A DNA stretch of 63,996 nucleotides, filler included. It is 5 parts of 5 records of this genome, joined end to end, with 100 filler letters (N's around TTAATTAATTAA, not from the genome) between each part and the next. Parts side by side here need not be neighbours in the genome. Positions count along the whole stretch, not along the records: positions 6,830 to 38,797 come from DRR378314_1447; 4 more parts are not named here. The stretch is one strand, 5' to 3'. Below are positions 22,837 to 36,428 of this stretch, piece by piece. The notes below the pieces were generated by a model, which was not told where the DNA came from, did no database searches, and saw nothing but the letters and a program-made list of their open reading frames with translations. The translations under genes were made by a program, and so were the position numbers. Each line of letters starts with the position of its first letter. Positions within the stretch are counted from its first letter, which is position 1.

Positions 22837-25800
22837 CTAATCGCCCAGCAAGAACTTCATTTCGTCTTCGGAGGGCTCGTCCGAAACAGCATGCGCTGCG
22901 CTCCGGGCCCCCACGGCAGCAGCGACACTTCCAACGCGAGCCAACCGCGCCCGATTCGATATCAGAATCTGCATCAAGCAACCGGCGTACAAAACAAAAA
23001 AACAAAAACAAAACGTGAACAACCTGCGATGTGCAAGCTTGGTTCGCCACACGCAGAAAAAGAAGATGCCCTAAGGTGGGTACAAAAGCACGATGATAGC
23101 CCGTGCACCAATGAAAGAAGACCAGCACACCACGTGGGTGCGCGAGCGTAGATCAGATGCAACACGCGGGTGTCGCCAGCGTGCGCGTTGCGACACGGAA
23201 AAGGCAGCAGCGCGCTAGAGCGAGTGTCTGCGCCCGCATATGCGCGACGAGACTCTACATGAACGATCACTCACACCGAGAGCGAGTACGTACTGCAAAT
23301 ACAGACCACTTGGAGGAGCAGTTGACAGCTACACTGAACGTGAGTTCATCATGGACGGTCCTCTCACATCCTTCGTGATCCAAGAGAGCGCTGTCGAGAA
23401 TACCAGCGGAAACGCAACAATCACAAAGTGAACCACGCGGGTGAAACGCACCCGCTCCTCCACCGTGTCTTCCACAATCGCACGTATGAGTTGCGTTCTG
23501 CAGACTTGCCCTAGCCGTCGCACACGACCACCAGCTTGCTCTTCCACGCCAGGATCGAGGGACGGCTCCAACAAAATTACAGTCGCAGCTTCAGTCAGGT
23601 TCAAGCCGTTCCCGCCGCGCTGCAGCGGCATTAATAGCGCCGTGCACGACTCCGCCCTCCGAAAGGCCGTGACTCGCTCTGCGAAACGTCGCCCCGCTCC
23701 GTCGGCAAGGATATACGAGACACCCACGTCGTCCAGCGCCCGTGCCGCAGCGGTGAGCAACCCCGCCCACTGTGAAAGAATGACAGCGCGCCGCGCTGCT
23801 GCGCCGCGCCCAAGCTCCGGTTCGAACGAACCAGACGCAATGCGTAGCACCAACGCGGCCAAAGAGGCAAGCTTGCTGCTCTGTCTTGCCGTATCACCAG
23901 GTAGGTGCAGCACCTCTCCCTCTGAGGAGCTGAACGCATCGAAGCTGGGGTGCTTCGGGAGAGCTGGTGCCGGCCCTTGCGACTCCACATGTTCGCCTGC
24001 CGGCTGCTCGTGGCCAGCAGCGGCCAGTGCAGCCGCGCCACGGCCGGCGTGCGCGTCACTGGGGCGATGCCGGTTCGATCGAATCCCGTTGCTTCCGTCG
24101 CCATCGCACAGCAGAGCAGCACGCTCCACAACAGACTCGCCGCTTATGCCTACAAGTGCCACCTCGCGACGATCGGAAACCCGCCGGCATGTAGGGCAGC
24201 GCAAAAACCGCTTACGGGAGCCGGCCGCACTGGCGAGCGCAGCAGCGCACTCGGCGCACAGCATATGACCGCAGGGGAAGACTGCGCGCGCAGCAGAGAG
24301 CTCCTCCGTGCACACTGGGCATTCCCCGAGACACGCCGATGCGCCCGAGGCGTGCAGTCTGCCCCCAAGCGACTGAATATATGCAAGTTGACCACGCGCA
24401 GCCACGCATCGTCGTCGAGCGTCCTGAGCCTCACGCTGAAGCCGTATGCGGTGCTGCCACACCTCGCTCGCGTGGATGAACGCGTGCTCCGTCCCGGGTA
24501 GTGGGACTTCGCCTTCACGCAGCAGCGCAACGCGCTGCACGCTCATGCGGACCTCGTCTCGCACCCCAACATCCGCATGCTGCGCTACAAACGCACGTCT
24601 TCCATACATAACAATATCACGCAGAAGATTAATTACACGTGATGCCTGCACAGCTGCGACAGCACGGTCGAAGGCCGCGCAGTCCGACGAGTCACGAGTA
24701 GCAGCACCATCGGCTGTCGCCGGAATCGAATCTGCACGGTCTTCACCACTTCTCATTCCAACGACTGGCGCGGACGTATCACTGCGATACACCTCGCCCT
24801 CCGCAGCACGATCCAAGGTTGCTGTTTCGTCCGCCGTAGTGCCACCCGCATCATTGTCACCGCAGTCTTGCTCTTCAAGAGCACACCATCCAGTCGAACG
24901 GACAAACGCTGCGGCGGCCGCTCCTGCCGCACCGCCAAGCTCCGCCAATACGCGAGCAGCTCCGCTCTCGAGCCGGCTTCCAGCAACCCGCAGGGCATGA
25001 TCAAGCGCAGTGAGGCGCTGGTCCGCACCGCAAAGCAGACAATGCTGTGCAGATCTACCGGGCCCATCGCCTCGGCAACGTGCACACACGATTGCCGCAG
25101 CAACGTCCGTGTCGCTCCATTGCGAGCGCTCGAGCACAGACCGAGACGCGCGCAGAGCGCCTTGCGCTGCATCTGCGACTGTCGCAGCATCGCGAAGAGC
25201 TCCAAGCCTCGCTGCGGTAGCAACCCTTTCGCCTGCTGACCACGGCATACGCGAAAGCATTCTTTCCGTTGCTTCATTTTCGTGATGACTGTCAGCCAGA
25301 TGGAAATCAGCTGTGTTTTCACCTGCTACGCGACAGTTGCGCGCCTCACCTCGCATTCCGTCGTCGACGATAGGGGTGCGCGAGCCGACCACCCAGGCGC
25401 ACAGAATACCTTCTGGCGACGAATTACGCAATGCGCGAAACGCCGCTCGCGTTCGCTTGCGTAGCGCAGCGCGTGCGGCAGCTGCACTCTCTCGCGCGCG
25501 CGATTCGAGTTGCGCCGTGAGAGCAGCAGCTTCGTTGCGGTACGATGCTGCGGTTGCGTCCTCCGCGCATTCAGACTCAGTGCCAGCACTACGGCCACGT
25601 TCGCCACCAGAGACACCTTGCCCACCACCACTCGAATTGCCCGGATCGCTCTGCTCATAATCACTCCCTATATGCGGATCTACGTCATAGCCAGGGACAG
25701 GTAGTGCCGTGTCAGACTCTGGTGCTCGCAACAAATCAAGCGCGTCAGCTAGCCCGGTGAGAGCGTGCAGCCGCTGGAAATCATCGAGCCTGACAGATTG

Positions 25801-28386
25801 GTCTTCAGCAGCGGCGGTAAGAACACGTCGATAGCGGCCTGCGGCGTCGCGTGGGTCACCGGCCAGAAGCGCTGCACCAGCTGCACCATTTTCAGCCAAC
25901 ACATACACACGCAGCGCCTCTTCGGCCTCAATCCGTGCTCGCGTGCTCAGCGTGGCGACGAGCGTTTCGAGGGACCCGCCGCCCGTACTCGCCGGCGGCG
26001 CTTGCTGTTCGCGCAGGAGTGCCTCGCGGCAGGATGGACAGCCAAGTGGCCCATCCAGGCTTCCCAATACATCTCCGCGCCCGGTTTCCACAGCGATACT
26101 CATTTCAACGCGATCGCGACCGCACATATTGCACCGCGCCTGTAGCACACCGGCCCGCGAGCGCCGTTGGGCCAGATTGGCGCGTCGACGACTGCCACGC
26201 GCGCTCTGCCTGCACGCATCCCAGCAACATGCTTGCCGTAGGCGGACGAGAGCAGCCGCGCGCCCAACGGCCGTCTGCGCCATACAGGCCGCTTCACGCT
26301 CGCGAGTGTACCAATGCGCCTCAACCGGAGTAAGCGATACGCCAAGAATTCGGGTCCTCTGTGCAGGAATCGCAGCCGCAGCCTCGCGGGCGCCCAGCCT
26401 CCACGCCAGCGCGCGCACAGTGCGGCCAAGTCGTTCGGCAGCGTTGACATCGCCCACCGACAGCGGGTCGCCAAACGCTTCTTCCCACACCCTCGGTCGA
26501 TCAAGGGGATCCGCATGAAGAAAAGTGCACAGCCCTGCAATATCCTCCCACCCGCGACTCAGTGGCGTACCAGTGACACTCCACCGGTGCCTGCAGTTCA
26601 GCATCGCCGCCATGCGCGCCGCTGCGGACGCGCCTCCTGCCACACGCTGCGCCTCATCGCATACAACACGCATCCAACGAATCGCAGGAAGTGGCGACTG
26701 TGCAGACTTTGCGGCGCCACGATTATCTTCTCGAAGTCGTGATGAACGCCGCGCGGGAGCGCAGTGGTACACTTCGGCGCGAAGGGTTTCGTACGTAGTG
26801 ATGACCAGGTCAAACTCAGCGACGTCGAGCGCACGTTGGTTCCCTGCGAGGACCTCTACCGTTCCAGGAAACGACAAAGATGAGCGCATTACGCGCGAAT
26901 GCGATGCGCCCTGGTACAGGCATACACGCAAAGTGTGCGCTTTGACATGACGATGGATTTCGCTGCACCATTGCGGTGCTATTGCATCTGGACATACCAG
27001 AAGTGTGCCGCCGTCGGGCGTGCTACAGAGCAGGTCGCGCTGCTCCCATGAAGGTGTATCTGTGTAAGCAGCCGTCTGCTCTTTCCTCGACAATTCTGCA
27101 CATTCGGCTTCCAAGCTCGCTCCTTTGGTATACCCGGTATCTTCTACGATACATTGGATCCTATGCGCATCCTGATCGACATCCGTATGAATGCGACGCC
27201 GCGCGAGCACAAGCGCAAGTACATCCACCGTTTTCCCTAGACCCATCTCGTCGGCAAGCAATCCGCCGCGAAGCCCAGCTAGCCCTGCCCACAATGGCGG
27301 GGACGATGCCACGCGCCCACTTTCAATATGCACATAGAAACTTCCTTGATCGCAAGGAACGGGGATCCACGAGGGGTCTGCCGGAGCGCAAGCGCACCCG
27401 CACCCGCTGCTTTGCGAAGCGCTTGCGTGCATGTGCGATGCCCGCCCACACTCGCCGCAGCGTCCCTCTTCACGCGCCACCATCCACGCCACAGCTCGCC
27501 GCTGGAATGGGAGAAGGTCAGTTTGAAGCTCGTCCACTGAGAGTCGTGCATCACAAAATCTGTCCCCAGGGGCGATTGCGCGATACAAAAGCGACCATTC
27601 AATCTTTTCAGCACGCCGCTGCCGCGACGCTGCGCGGCAGCAAAGAAGCAGGATTCGTCGTTGCGCCTCGGCAAGTCGCTCGCGCTCGCGTGCGGGAAGA
27701 TTGCAGACACGAAATGCGTTGCACCGGGAGCAAGGTCCTCGCTCGTTCAAGTGATTTGCATCATCATCGCTCTCGCTGTCAGTGAGAACTGGAGTGACGA
27801 AACGAACAACGGCGACCACCCATTGGCCGTGGGAGGAAGCACTCCGTAGCTTCAACACGCCAGCGGAGCATAGGACGAACAGATCCTCGATGTTCTGCCT
27901 CTGAAGTGCAATGTACCCATTCCTCCTCATCCGTACTTCTCCGTCTTCGTCACATGTCCTCGGATTTTCTGAAAATGCGGCCAAAAACGCCGGTCCATTC
28001 GGCGCCGAGCAAAGCTGCTGCGGAGGCCCGCGCGAGCTGGATGCTTCCAGCGCAAACGCACCGCCGCGCACCTCCCCAGGGACGGCCGAGCCACCGCCTC
28101 CGGGCTGCACATACTGAACTTCCAGCGGGCTCCCATCACAAACTACAGCGTCGCCCGCACAGCGCCATTTTATCATACATATGATTGTATCGCGACGATT
28201 GGAGCACGTACAAATTGGGGTAACCTCGGGCGGCTGATAGGCACGCGCGGCTACCTGCCGCCGCCGCCTCTTTGCCGGCGGTGCGCGATCTTGCGCAAAG
28301 CAGCCCGAGCGAGTGGCTGCAGCATCGTCCGCGGGATCTGCGAGCGAGGCTGCCTCCCGCTGCAACGGCTTCGCCTTGGCGCGCAT
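22837..28386 (-). CDS. SHPRH: SHPRH-like SNF2 helicase / RING E3 ubiquitin ligase
   Basis: LLPFQRRAVAWM, GGLLADEMGLGKT, QWCSEIHRH, DEAQ, TGTP, SHPRH helical region (EAEEALR..NGAAG..LDDFQRLHAL), C3HC4 RING (CPVC..CGH..CAEC..CPTC), GNGLNLTEA, QAGGRVRRLGQ. First ATG is at 28386. An intron at 23451-22969 joins TVEER to a last exon 22968-22837. Confidence 0.88.
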
Positions 28387-29095
28387 ATGGGTCGACAATG
28401 ATCGATAAGATAGTCACAGCTCCAAGGAAACACACACACCTTTCCAAGTCAGCGCCCCACCCCGCCCAAACAAAAGGGCACAGGAAAAGGAACAGTGTGG
28501 CGGGAGGAACACGGGCAAAGTCACTCTCGTGCCACTCCTTCAGCAACGCGCCGCACTACCAGAAAAGCACCACCCATAACAGCAGGATACTACAAGTGAA
28601 CAACGTCAGTGCACAGCAAGTATATCCTTAGCTTATACTTCTGTCTTCTGAGAGCAGTAAACTTCACAGCGACAGCCGCAACAGCAAAAGGGCAGTGCGC
28701 AGTACGGCAGGGCGAGAAGTCCTGTTCGCAGTGCGCCGCTGCAGTTGCGCCCACGGCTCTCAAGTAAAATGTGTTGCAGCTTAAGGGGGGGGTAAAAACA
28801 TAGACCCTATATTGTAAACTACCCGCTCTCCCGCGCTCGTGCGCTCCTGCTCGGCGAGCAGCTCCTCGCGCGCTCCGGCAGAGCGGCGCAACACCTGCGC
28901 GCTCCCGCTGCTTCTTGCGTGACCCTTGCCACGCAGCTTGCGCGTTTGCCTCTCCACAGGATCGCCATAGCATTGGACTGGAGTTGGGCACTCCTCATTT
29001 ACCATACACCACAAAGTTCGATTTCTTTTCTCATTTCCTCCATCTACGCACCGCATTCAAATCTACAATCAAACAGAAAGCAGCAATTCAGAACC

Positions 29096-32000
29096 ATGGC
29101 GCAAACTGCGGTGCCTGAGACACGCGAAAGTTCCCGGCCCAGGGTTCCGGCGAACGCGGCGCTTGCGCACGCGCGCGAGCAGCTCGCCGCTGCCGCCCAG
29201 CTTGCTGAGCAAGCTCTCCTTGCAGTGGAAGAAAATCGTGCCTCTGAAATACGATCGTTACGTGAAGCACGCGATGAACATGCATCTTTAGTAAAGAAGC
29301 AAGGGGAAGACCTTGCCCGCGGTGCGTTGGTACCGCCTGTGAAGGCAAACCCCGCAAGAAACGTGTGCGAGTGCACTATTTTGACAGAGTGCTCGTTGAG
29401 CGCATGTATGCGAGCCAAGATTTCACAGTTGTCTGTCACATGGAGCGCAGCTGCAGTAAATAAGGCGGTAAACTGGCGCGCTAATATTATTATTGTGATA
29501 AAAAACTGGGCTATTCTAACTCTACATTCATTCATTCTGCATGTTTGCCCCCTTGAAGTTGTGCAAGCCTGCCGCCTGGCAAACCAGGAAAACAACGAGC
29601 TGCGCGCGGAGATGAGGCAGCTTGTGCTTCGATTTCAGCGCGCCGAAAACGAGCTCCAGAGCCTTCGGGACTTCAAAGCCAAAATCCTACAATCCGTTCA
29701 GTCTCCGAAGAAGAGGACAAGCGACGGAAGGGTGCGTTGAACAAGAGTGTGTACGAAGACGCGAGTGCGCAGCTAGCCCATTATGCTGCTGCGGATGGCG
29801 TGGCAACTATCAGACCGTGCGCCCGAGCTCCTCTGTACAAGTACATAGCCCGCTATCGCAGGATGACAGCGAGCACCACTGTCTCAAATTCCAATAGATA
29901 GTCTACATAATTCTTCCATTCTATGACAGCAAGAACAAAGGTCTCGTAATTGTGTTGTCAAGCAGAATGGCCATCTCGTGGGAAATCCTTCGAAGGCTCC
30001 GCTTGCGCCGTTCGATATCGTATCGCGATAACGTGTGCGATATCTGTCACGCCTTGCACTGTACCGTATTATTGCACGTACATTCTTGCGTATATAGTAT
30101 GTTGTAGTACAGCTTCGTTTATTGCTTCCTTTCTTTTCTGTTCTGTGGACGCGCAAAACCCGTGCTAGGACGAGGACGACAGGCGCATTGCCTCGCCAGA
30201 CAGGCAGCCGGGTTGGACAGGCTCCTCTGTCGATGGTAACCCCGGGAGCACCATCGCAGGTGAAGTTAAGCATCCGAGACGTGAACAGAACGAGGAATCC
30301 TACACAGGCATGAACAGTAGGGATGGTCACTTTGAGACACTTCAGAACAGATATCAGGACGCCAGCGTTCGCTCCGAACAAGGTGCTCGTGCCCAGAGCA
30401 CTCAGCAACGATCTCCACGAGCTGCCTCGTCGCGCCTTGCCCACTACGAAGATGGGACCCGTGACGCCCACGCCAGATCTGCCAACGATCTCCAGCATAC
30501 CCATATGCGCAGAGGAAAGACATTGTCACCAACAAATATTGTCGCAGCTGATATTTCCAGTATCACAGAGTATGAGAACGCGCTAGCCAGCGAGTTCACG
30601 CCCGCACAGCCGCCAACCCCCGCGCAGCCAAACGAGTCCCCTGAACGCTGGTCGCGACATGGAAGCAGTAGGACAATTTCCACCCGGATGCAAGCCGCGT
30701 CTCCACCTCTGTCCACTCGTCCCACGCCACAGACACATGATACAACACAGACAACTTCCACAGATGATCTCTTGGCGCTGATCGATCAGAGCATACAGCG
30801 CAACGGATCGACAGAAGAGTTTCGACGCGTAGAAGACGCCCAAGAGCGAAAACTGGTAGCTGTGCCATTCCATGAGCAACACGACAGGCTCGATGCAACA
30901 CCCAGCTCACGAGGACGAGAACCTGACCACCATCGCCAGGCGTATGTGCAAACATATGGGCATAATTCCATGATTAAGGTACAATCGTAGTACAACGTGT
31001 TCTGATGGGGGTCAATGGGGAAGGTTGACATGCTCGGCTCGGCGGCGCGGGAGCAGGAATGCAGTGAGCAAGAAGGCTCTCAATGCTAACTATGCACAGG
31101 AGCGATAAACTGTCAAGGCTCTCACGTTTCTATGGACGTAAATGTAGTACTAACGTGTATATTTCCCTTTGTACGTATAATATCGAACTTGAGCGCTTGC
31201 AGGACGGATATTCATCATCCAGGGTCAAGCCTCGTCAGTACGAGTCCCCAGGTACGCCACGGAGCCTTCGCCATCCAAGTGGGACAACTCGTAGGGCGTC
31301 CGCTGGTAAAAGCCCTTCAAACTCCCTTGACGAGATATTGTCATCTTCTTCAAAAATTAGCACTCTTGAAGGATAGAAACATGTACTTCTTTCTGTATGC
31401 TGGGGTATCTTTCTCAATGGAATCCTGTGGTGGTGCCTCGCAGTATCGCGGAGAACCTGTTCCCCCTTTTGCAAGAAAAAGAAAACACTCCTGCTGAAAC
31501 TGTGAGCTGCATGAGAAAATCGGACAAGTCTACTGCGACTCGCATCACGTACCTTGCGAAATTGCTCAGTCCCCATCTTGTGTCGATACAACATATGCTA
31601 CTATACCTTCCATCTATCCATCAAAACAGGGACTCAACCACTCGTATCGCGTCGCGGCAGTACTCAACCTGAAGCAAGCCGCGAGCTCTTCCTTCTTGCT
31701 CGCTCCCGGCTGGCAGAGAGCGACTACGCTCGCTTTCTCACGATCATAAAAAGCCTCAACGCCGGTAACATGTCGCGCGACTCTGCACTTCGTGAAATCC
31801 AGGTGAGAAAGGATATTCCTTGGCTTGCGGAAGAAATACCAAGCGGAATCATCGCCAGAGGCGAACGCATCGTCAGCAAAGTTCATCCACGCTCTTGTGG
31901 ATGCTGCAGCGCTCAGAGTATGCTCGTGCCCTTGAGGATTTCCCGTATACTTCACCACAATGAAAAGTCGACTCAACAGCGAGCAGAGCAAGGGTGGGAA

Positions 32001-32157
32001 TATAATCGTGTAACATTGCTCTTGTTGGTTCTCGCTTTTGCTCGCAAAACGCTTTCTTTTTGCCCTCTAATCCTTGCAGCACGTACTGGGAAACGAAAAC
32101 CTCGATATACTTGATCACTTTGCCGTGCTCGTCGGCGCGTCCACTGCGAATGCGTAA
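29096..32157 (+). CDS. At4g15545-like coiled-coil protein with conserved C-terminal helical domain
   Basis: Phase-consistent exons 29096-29321, 29568-29731, 30169-30978, 31203-31251, 31630-31802, 32080-32157. The coiled coil ends in LRDFKAKILQSV. The C-terminus RELFLLARSRLAESDYARFLTIIKSLNAGNMSRDSALREIQ-HVLGNENLDILDHF parallels the recalled plant motif KEFFRQARSRLSYEQFSAFLANIKELN...EIFG..NKDL. Confidence 0.75.
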
Positions 32158-33331
32158 ATGAAGAGGTGGGGATTGTATCTCCATGACTTCTGCTGCCCAC
32201 GCATCCGTGACACCAAAGGATCGAATAGTAATACATGCACGTGCGACCTCATCAATAACGAAGAACGAAGTACTGTACTGTCAGATCGAATGTGAAGAAC
32301 GCTGTTCCCGGCCGTGTGTCCCGTTTCCGCAAACTTCTGCACCGTCGGATAGGCAGAGCTTTACACGTAGGGCAGCGTATGTGTCTACTTGTTGGCACAT
32401 GTGCCGTCAACGCAGAAAGGTTGGCTGTACACCGTGTTTGCGCGCAGATCAAGCACATATCAGGCGCATATGTGTCGATTGATCTTTCCATAACCATTCG
32501 CGCACATACCCCACCGCTTGTCGCAATGCCTCTCCCTCAAGTCGATCGACCGATTTTCGAGCACCGTCGCTTACTTTATTTTCGTATTGCGCTTACGAGT
32601 GCAACTTGGGAAAGGAAAGCTCAGTTCCGTATGTGATGCTGCCTCGAACGTCCCCGCCACGAATCGCAACAACGTGCTCGTTTACATCGTCAGACTGTTT
32701 TTGCTGGCGTCAAGCATCAACCTTTTCGTTGAAAAATGAAATACGTCGAGGAGTATGGAAGTGGAATTCGCATATTTGGCACAGAGGGAAAACGAGTCAA
32801 AGCTGCTTGCTGTACATCCTGGGAGGGCACGCGCCCCGACACAGACAGGCGCTACTGCTCCGCCGAGATCCCAGCCATTTGCGAGGAGAAAAAGTCCGTT
32901 TCTTTTCACAAAGCTAGCCAACTTGACCGTGTGCAAACAGCATTACGGTCCACCACTGGTACATTGGCTATTATCAGTGAGAGAAAAGCGCCCAGTCCTC
33001 TCTGAGCGCGAAACATCAGCAGCAATGCGCCGGTTTTACGTCGTATGGACCAAACGCGCAGCGCGGCATTTTGGGCGAACGAAGGCCAAATGCCTCGAAC
33101 ATTTTGTTCCTCTTGGATTCCACCGGGCCTACTTCGCACTTGCACATACACGACATTGCCAGGAGGATGTACTATTGAATGCTTCAGACTACCCAGCGCT
33201 ACCAAGCTGCCTGGACGTAGAGTTGCGGATGCATAGGGGTGTATCGAGGAGTTCCCTTCGGCGAGCGTCGCGCCGCTTGGAGTGGCAACAGCGCTGTGCA
33301 GCGCCGGCCAGCGCATGCGCCGTACCTTGCG

Positions 33332-36300
33332 ATGCCGCCGACGGCAGAACACGTCGAGGCGTCTAGTTGGGCCGAATACGTAAAACACTATGATTCAGCG
33401 CGCAAATCCCTACCTTTTGTCCCAGAGCCGGTAAAGCGGGTCACGCTACGCGAAGTCAAGGCGCGAGAGCGCGAGTATGATCCCATCCTTCACCGCCTTC
33501 GAGACCCTCAAAAGGTGGGACGCGCACAATTCTCCATTGCATGTAAAAGACGTGTGCGCGATCGCCCCCTCTCAGAATGAACCCCACATATATTCAGTTC
33601 TGTAGATATGCGGAGTAAATGGAGTAAGTGCACTGACATGCCGGGCATTGACAGGCGACAGTCCCGAGCGAATATTGGCGAATAAGATAGGCAGGGGCAA
33701 ACGGACTGCTTACCGCTGCAGCGAGAATCACTTTGTGCTTGATCCCAACACCCTTTTTTACGTTCTTCCAAACAATACTGAACTCTAGGAGAAAGAAAGA
33801 CGAAGTCAGGAAGATATTGCACGTATTCGAGAACTCAATCGAGCCATGGATCGTGCGGTTTCCCATGAAAACGAGTATGATATCGTTCGGCACATCGCGA
33901 AAACGAGGGGACAAGATTCCCAAAAACTCGGGCAGGAGAGCAACACCAGAGAACATGCCGTACACCGCTCGCTCCGCAGGAAAGGAGAGACTGAGTACAA
34001 CATCATTTCGAACCAACCGTACTCAAAGCATTACCCGTCGCTTGTGGATAATATGCACCATAACAGTCACGATGCACGGGTGCGTACATTCATGGGCGGT
34101 CGAATGACTTGGCCGCCCAGAACGCTCTGGTTCTTGGCCAGGAGTGCAGCCAGTCGGGTTCTGTGGCCAGATTGTCATGGCGAAGGATCGAACACCCGCT
34201 CGCAAGTGCCTGCAATAATGAAGCCCAAGCATCCATTCGGTTCTGCAGCATGAATTTTTGAACGAGAGAGCTTTATTGTAGTGATAACTGTGTACGGGGT
34301 TACGCTCCCAAACGTCCAGAATGAAATGAGGCTTCTCGTTGCTTGTCGCGCACTTTCCATTCTGCTTCATTGCAGGGACAGGCCGGTCGGCTCGAAGATG
34401 CTCTCCGCCGGCAAAAAGAGGCAATTCGCAAGAAGATAGAAAGAGGACATCCAGATTATAATATAATAAGCAATCGGTTCGTCGCGTAACGTTTGCTACT
34501 CTGAAGCGTTACATATTTTGTCCCTGCAGGGTAGCGTGCAGGCGGAAACAAAGGGGCACAGTCGCTGCCACGCAGAGCCTTCCGAAGAATTGGGATGGAC
34601 TCGTAGACTTGCACACACCTTGAATGGGGGGAATGGGACGAAGATCTCGATGCAGCAGGATCGTCCTCCACATTTTATTTCTCCACATTTTTGAGATGAC
34701 TGATTTCCTCGGGATCAGCTTCCCCGCCATGAGATTCGGTACATCACTTTCTCATGCGTATGGAGTACTGCGCTTTTCGCAGATATCTGTTGCGCCACGA
34801 CGAACGCGCGGCCGAAGAACGACAGCGCGCGCTGGAACGCGCAGCTACGAAGTTTTGGGAAACACACTCCATCGATATTGTTCGTGGTCAAGACTATGAT
34901 GATGAGCGCGAAAAGCAGTATCAAGCACACGTTGCAAAACTGAAAGAGGAAGCCGGTGTAGAAAAGACGGACCATCTCCCGCCAACGATTCGCAGTGCGG
35001 AAGGGCTCAGGTACGGTCGCGTGCAGGTGAACACCTTTCTTTCGTTTCCACCTTTCCTCCATTCCCTTTGCTACAGTTTTCTCCTACTGATGTAAGCAAC
35101 ACGGAGTTTGACGTTTACGTACTCTGTACGTTGGGATATAGCAAGTCGCACGAATGGCCGAGGGTGTCCACTCTGCCGAGGTCCTTCCTGTTACAGCGTG
35201 TCCACAGCTTGCGTGCACGTGAGCTCCCTTCTCGAACGGCTCCTTACGCCAATAATTTTTATCTTCATGTACATTACTGCTAAATGTTACTAGATATGAC
35301 ATTGCGACAGGACGTGTGAAGAACGAAAAGCTTTTTCAGCTGTACGAAAAGAAAGAAGAGCAGCGCTTGGCTCGCCTACATGACGTACGTTCCTGGAGCA
35401 GTTCCGCAAGGCTGCCACGACAGGAGAGAAAAATTCGGCCCGGCGGTAAACCTTCTCCTCTTTTGCTGGACGCGCGCATCTCTGATCGGGCAGCATAGGT
35501 ACAGACATAAATGCGTGGAAAGAATGATCGTATGGTTAGTGTGGGCGCGCGGACACTCTGATGCATTTCGTTCGAGGGGCGGAGCAACTGTGTACTAAAT
35601 GCTACACGTCCACCGCGTGAACGGGACGGACTACTTCAGGACACTGAGATACTAACAAAACGCGAAGCGGAAGCCAAGGAACAAGAGGAGCGCCGACTGC
35701 GCCGCATAGCTTACCAACGAAAAGTAGAGGACTTCGGCCGATCGCACCACGTTGTCACCAATGCCGACAGGTGATGCGATTGCACATCTGCGAGCCAGCG
35801 TGCAGCCCTTACACTCACTGTGTACTTCCACCCTCCCTCAATGGATGCGCCCGCGCATACGGGCCCATTGTTCTTCACCGGTCCTTCCCTGTGTTGCAAC
35901 GGCAAGGATACCCGCGTGCGAGCGAAGAATTAGAGGGGAAGATGGAGTGGGTGAACGGGTCACCACATGTTCGTGTCGCTGCACAATAGCCTGGCGCAAG
36001 CATAGGATCTGGGTGCTCCTGCTGATCTAACAATGGAGGCGCACGCTGACCGTGCAGTCACCGCGCACCTCATGGACGAGGACCGATTGCTGAGACGCGT
36101 ATCGCGGCAGAGAAAGGGTTCTCTTTTGATTATCGAGGAGAACGCACGCAAGAAGATTCGTGCTACAGCAAAAGAGGACACGACATACGCTCATTTTCTG
36201 ATCACTTGCGGTTTTGTTGTTGTTGTTGTTTTGCAGGCGCCGCGAACTGATGAGACTGAAGCAGCTTGATAATCGACGATCTACTGTGACGCTCTGGGAC

Positions 36301-36428
36301 AGACTCTGTGGCGAAGAAAGGTTACAGAGAACACACCGAGACCATTCTGAACACAGCAGGTGCGTATAAACTGCGAGGTTTCTTGTCAGTATCGACACCG
36401 ATCATATCATCGGCCTCGAAACAGGTGA
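33332..36428 (+). CDS. Uncharacterised charged helical protein with repeated Y(N/D)I(I/V) motifs, possibly flagellum-associated
   Basis: Phase-consistent exons 33332-33514, 33789-34079, 34376-34476, 34783-35010, 35294-35384, 35640-35770 and one starting at 36237. Motifs: YDPILH, YDIVRH, YNIISN (x2), KFWETHSIDIVRG, LPPTIRSAEG-RYDI. The 3' end is uncertain and further candidate exons run to ~38020. Confidence 0.65.
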
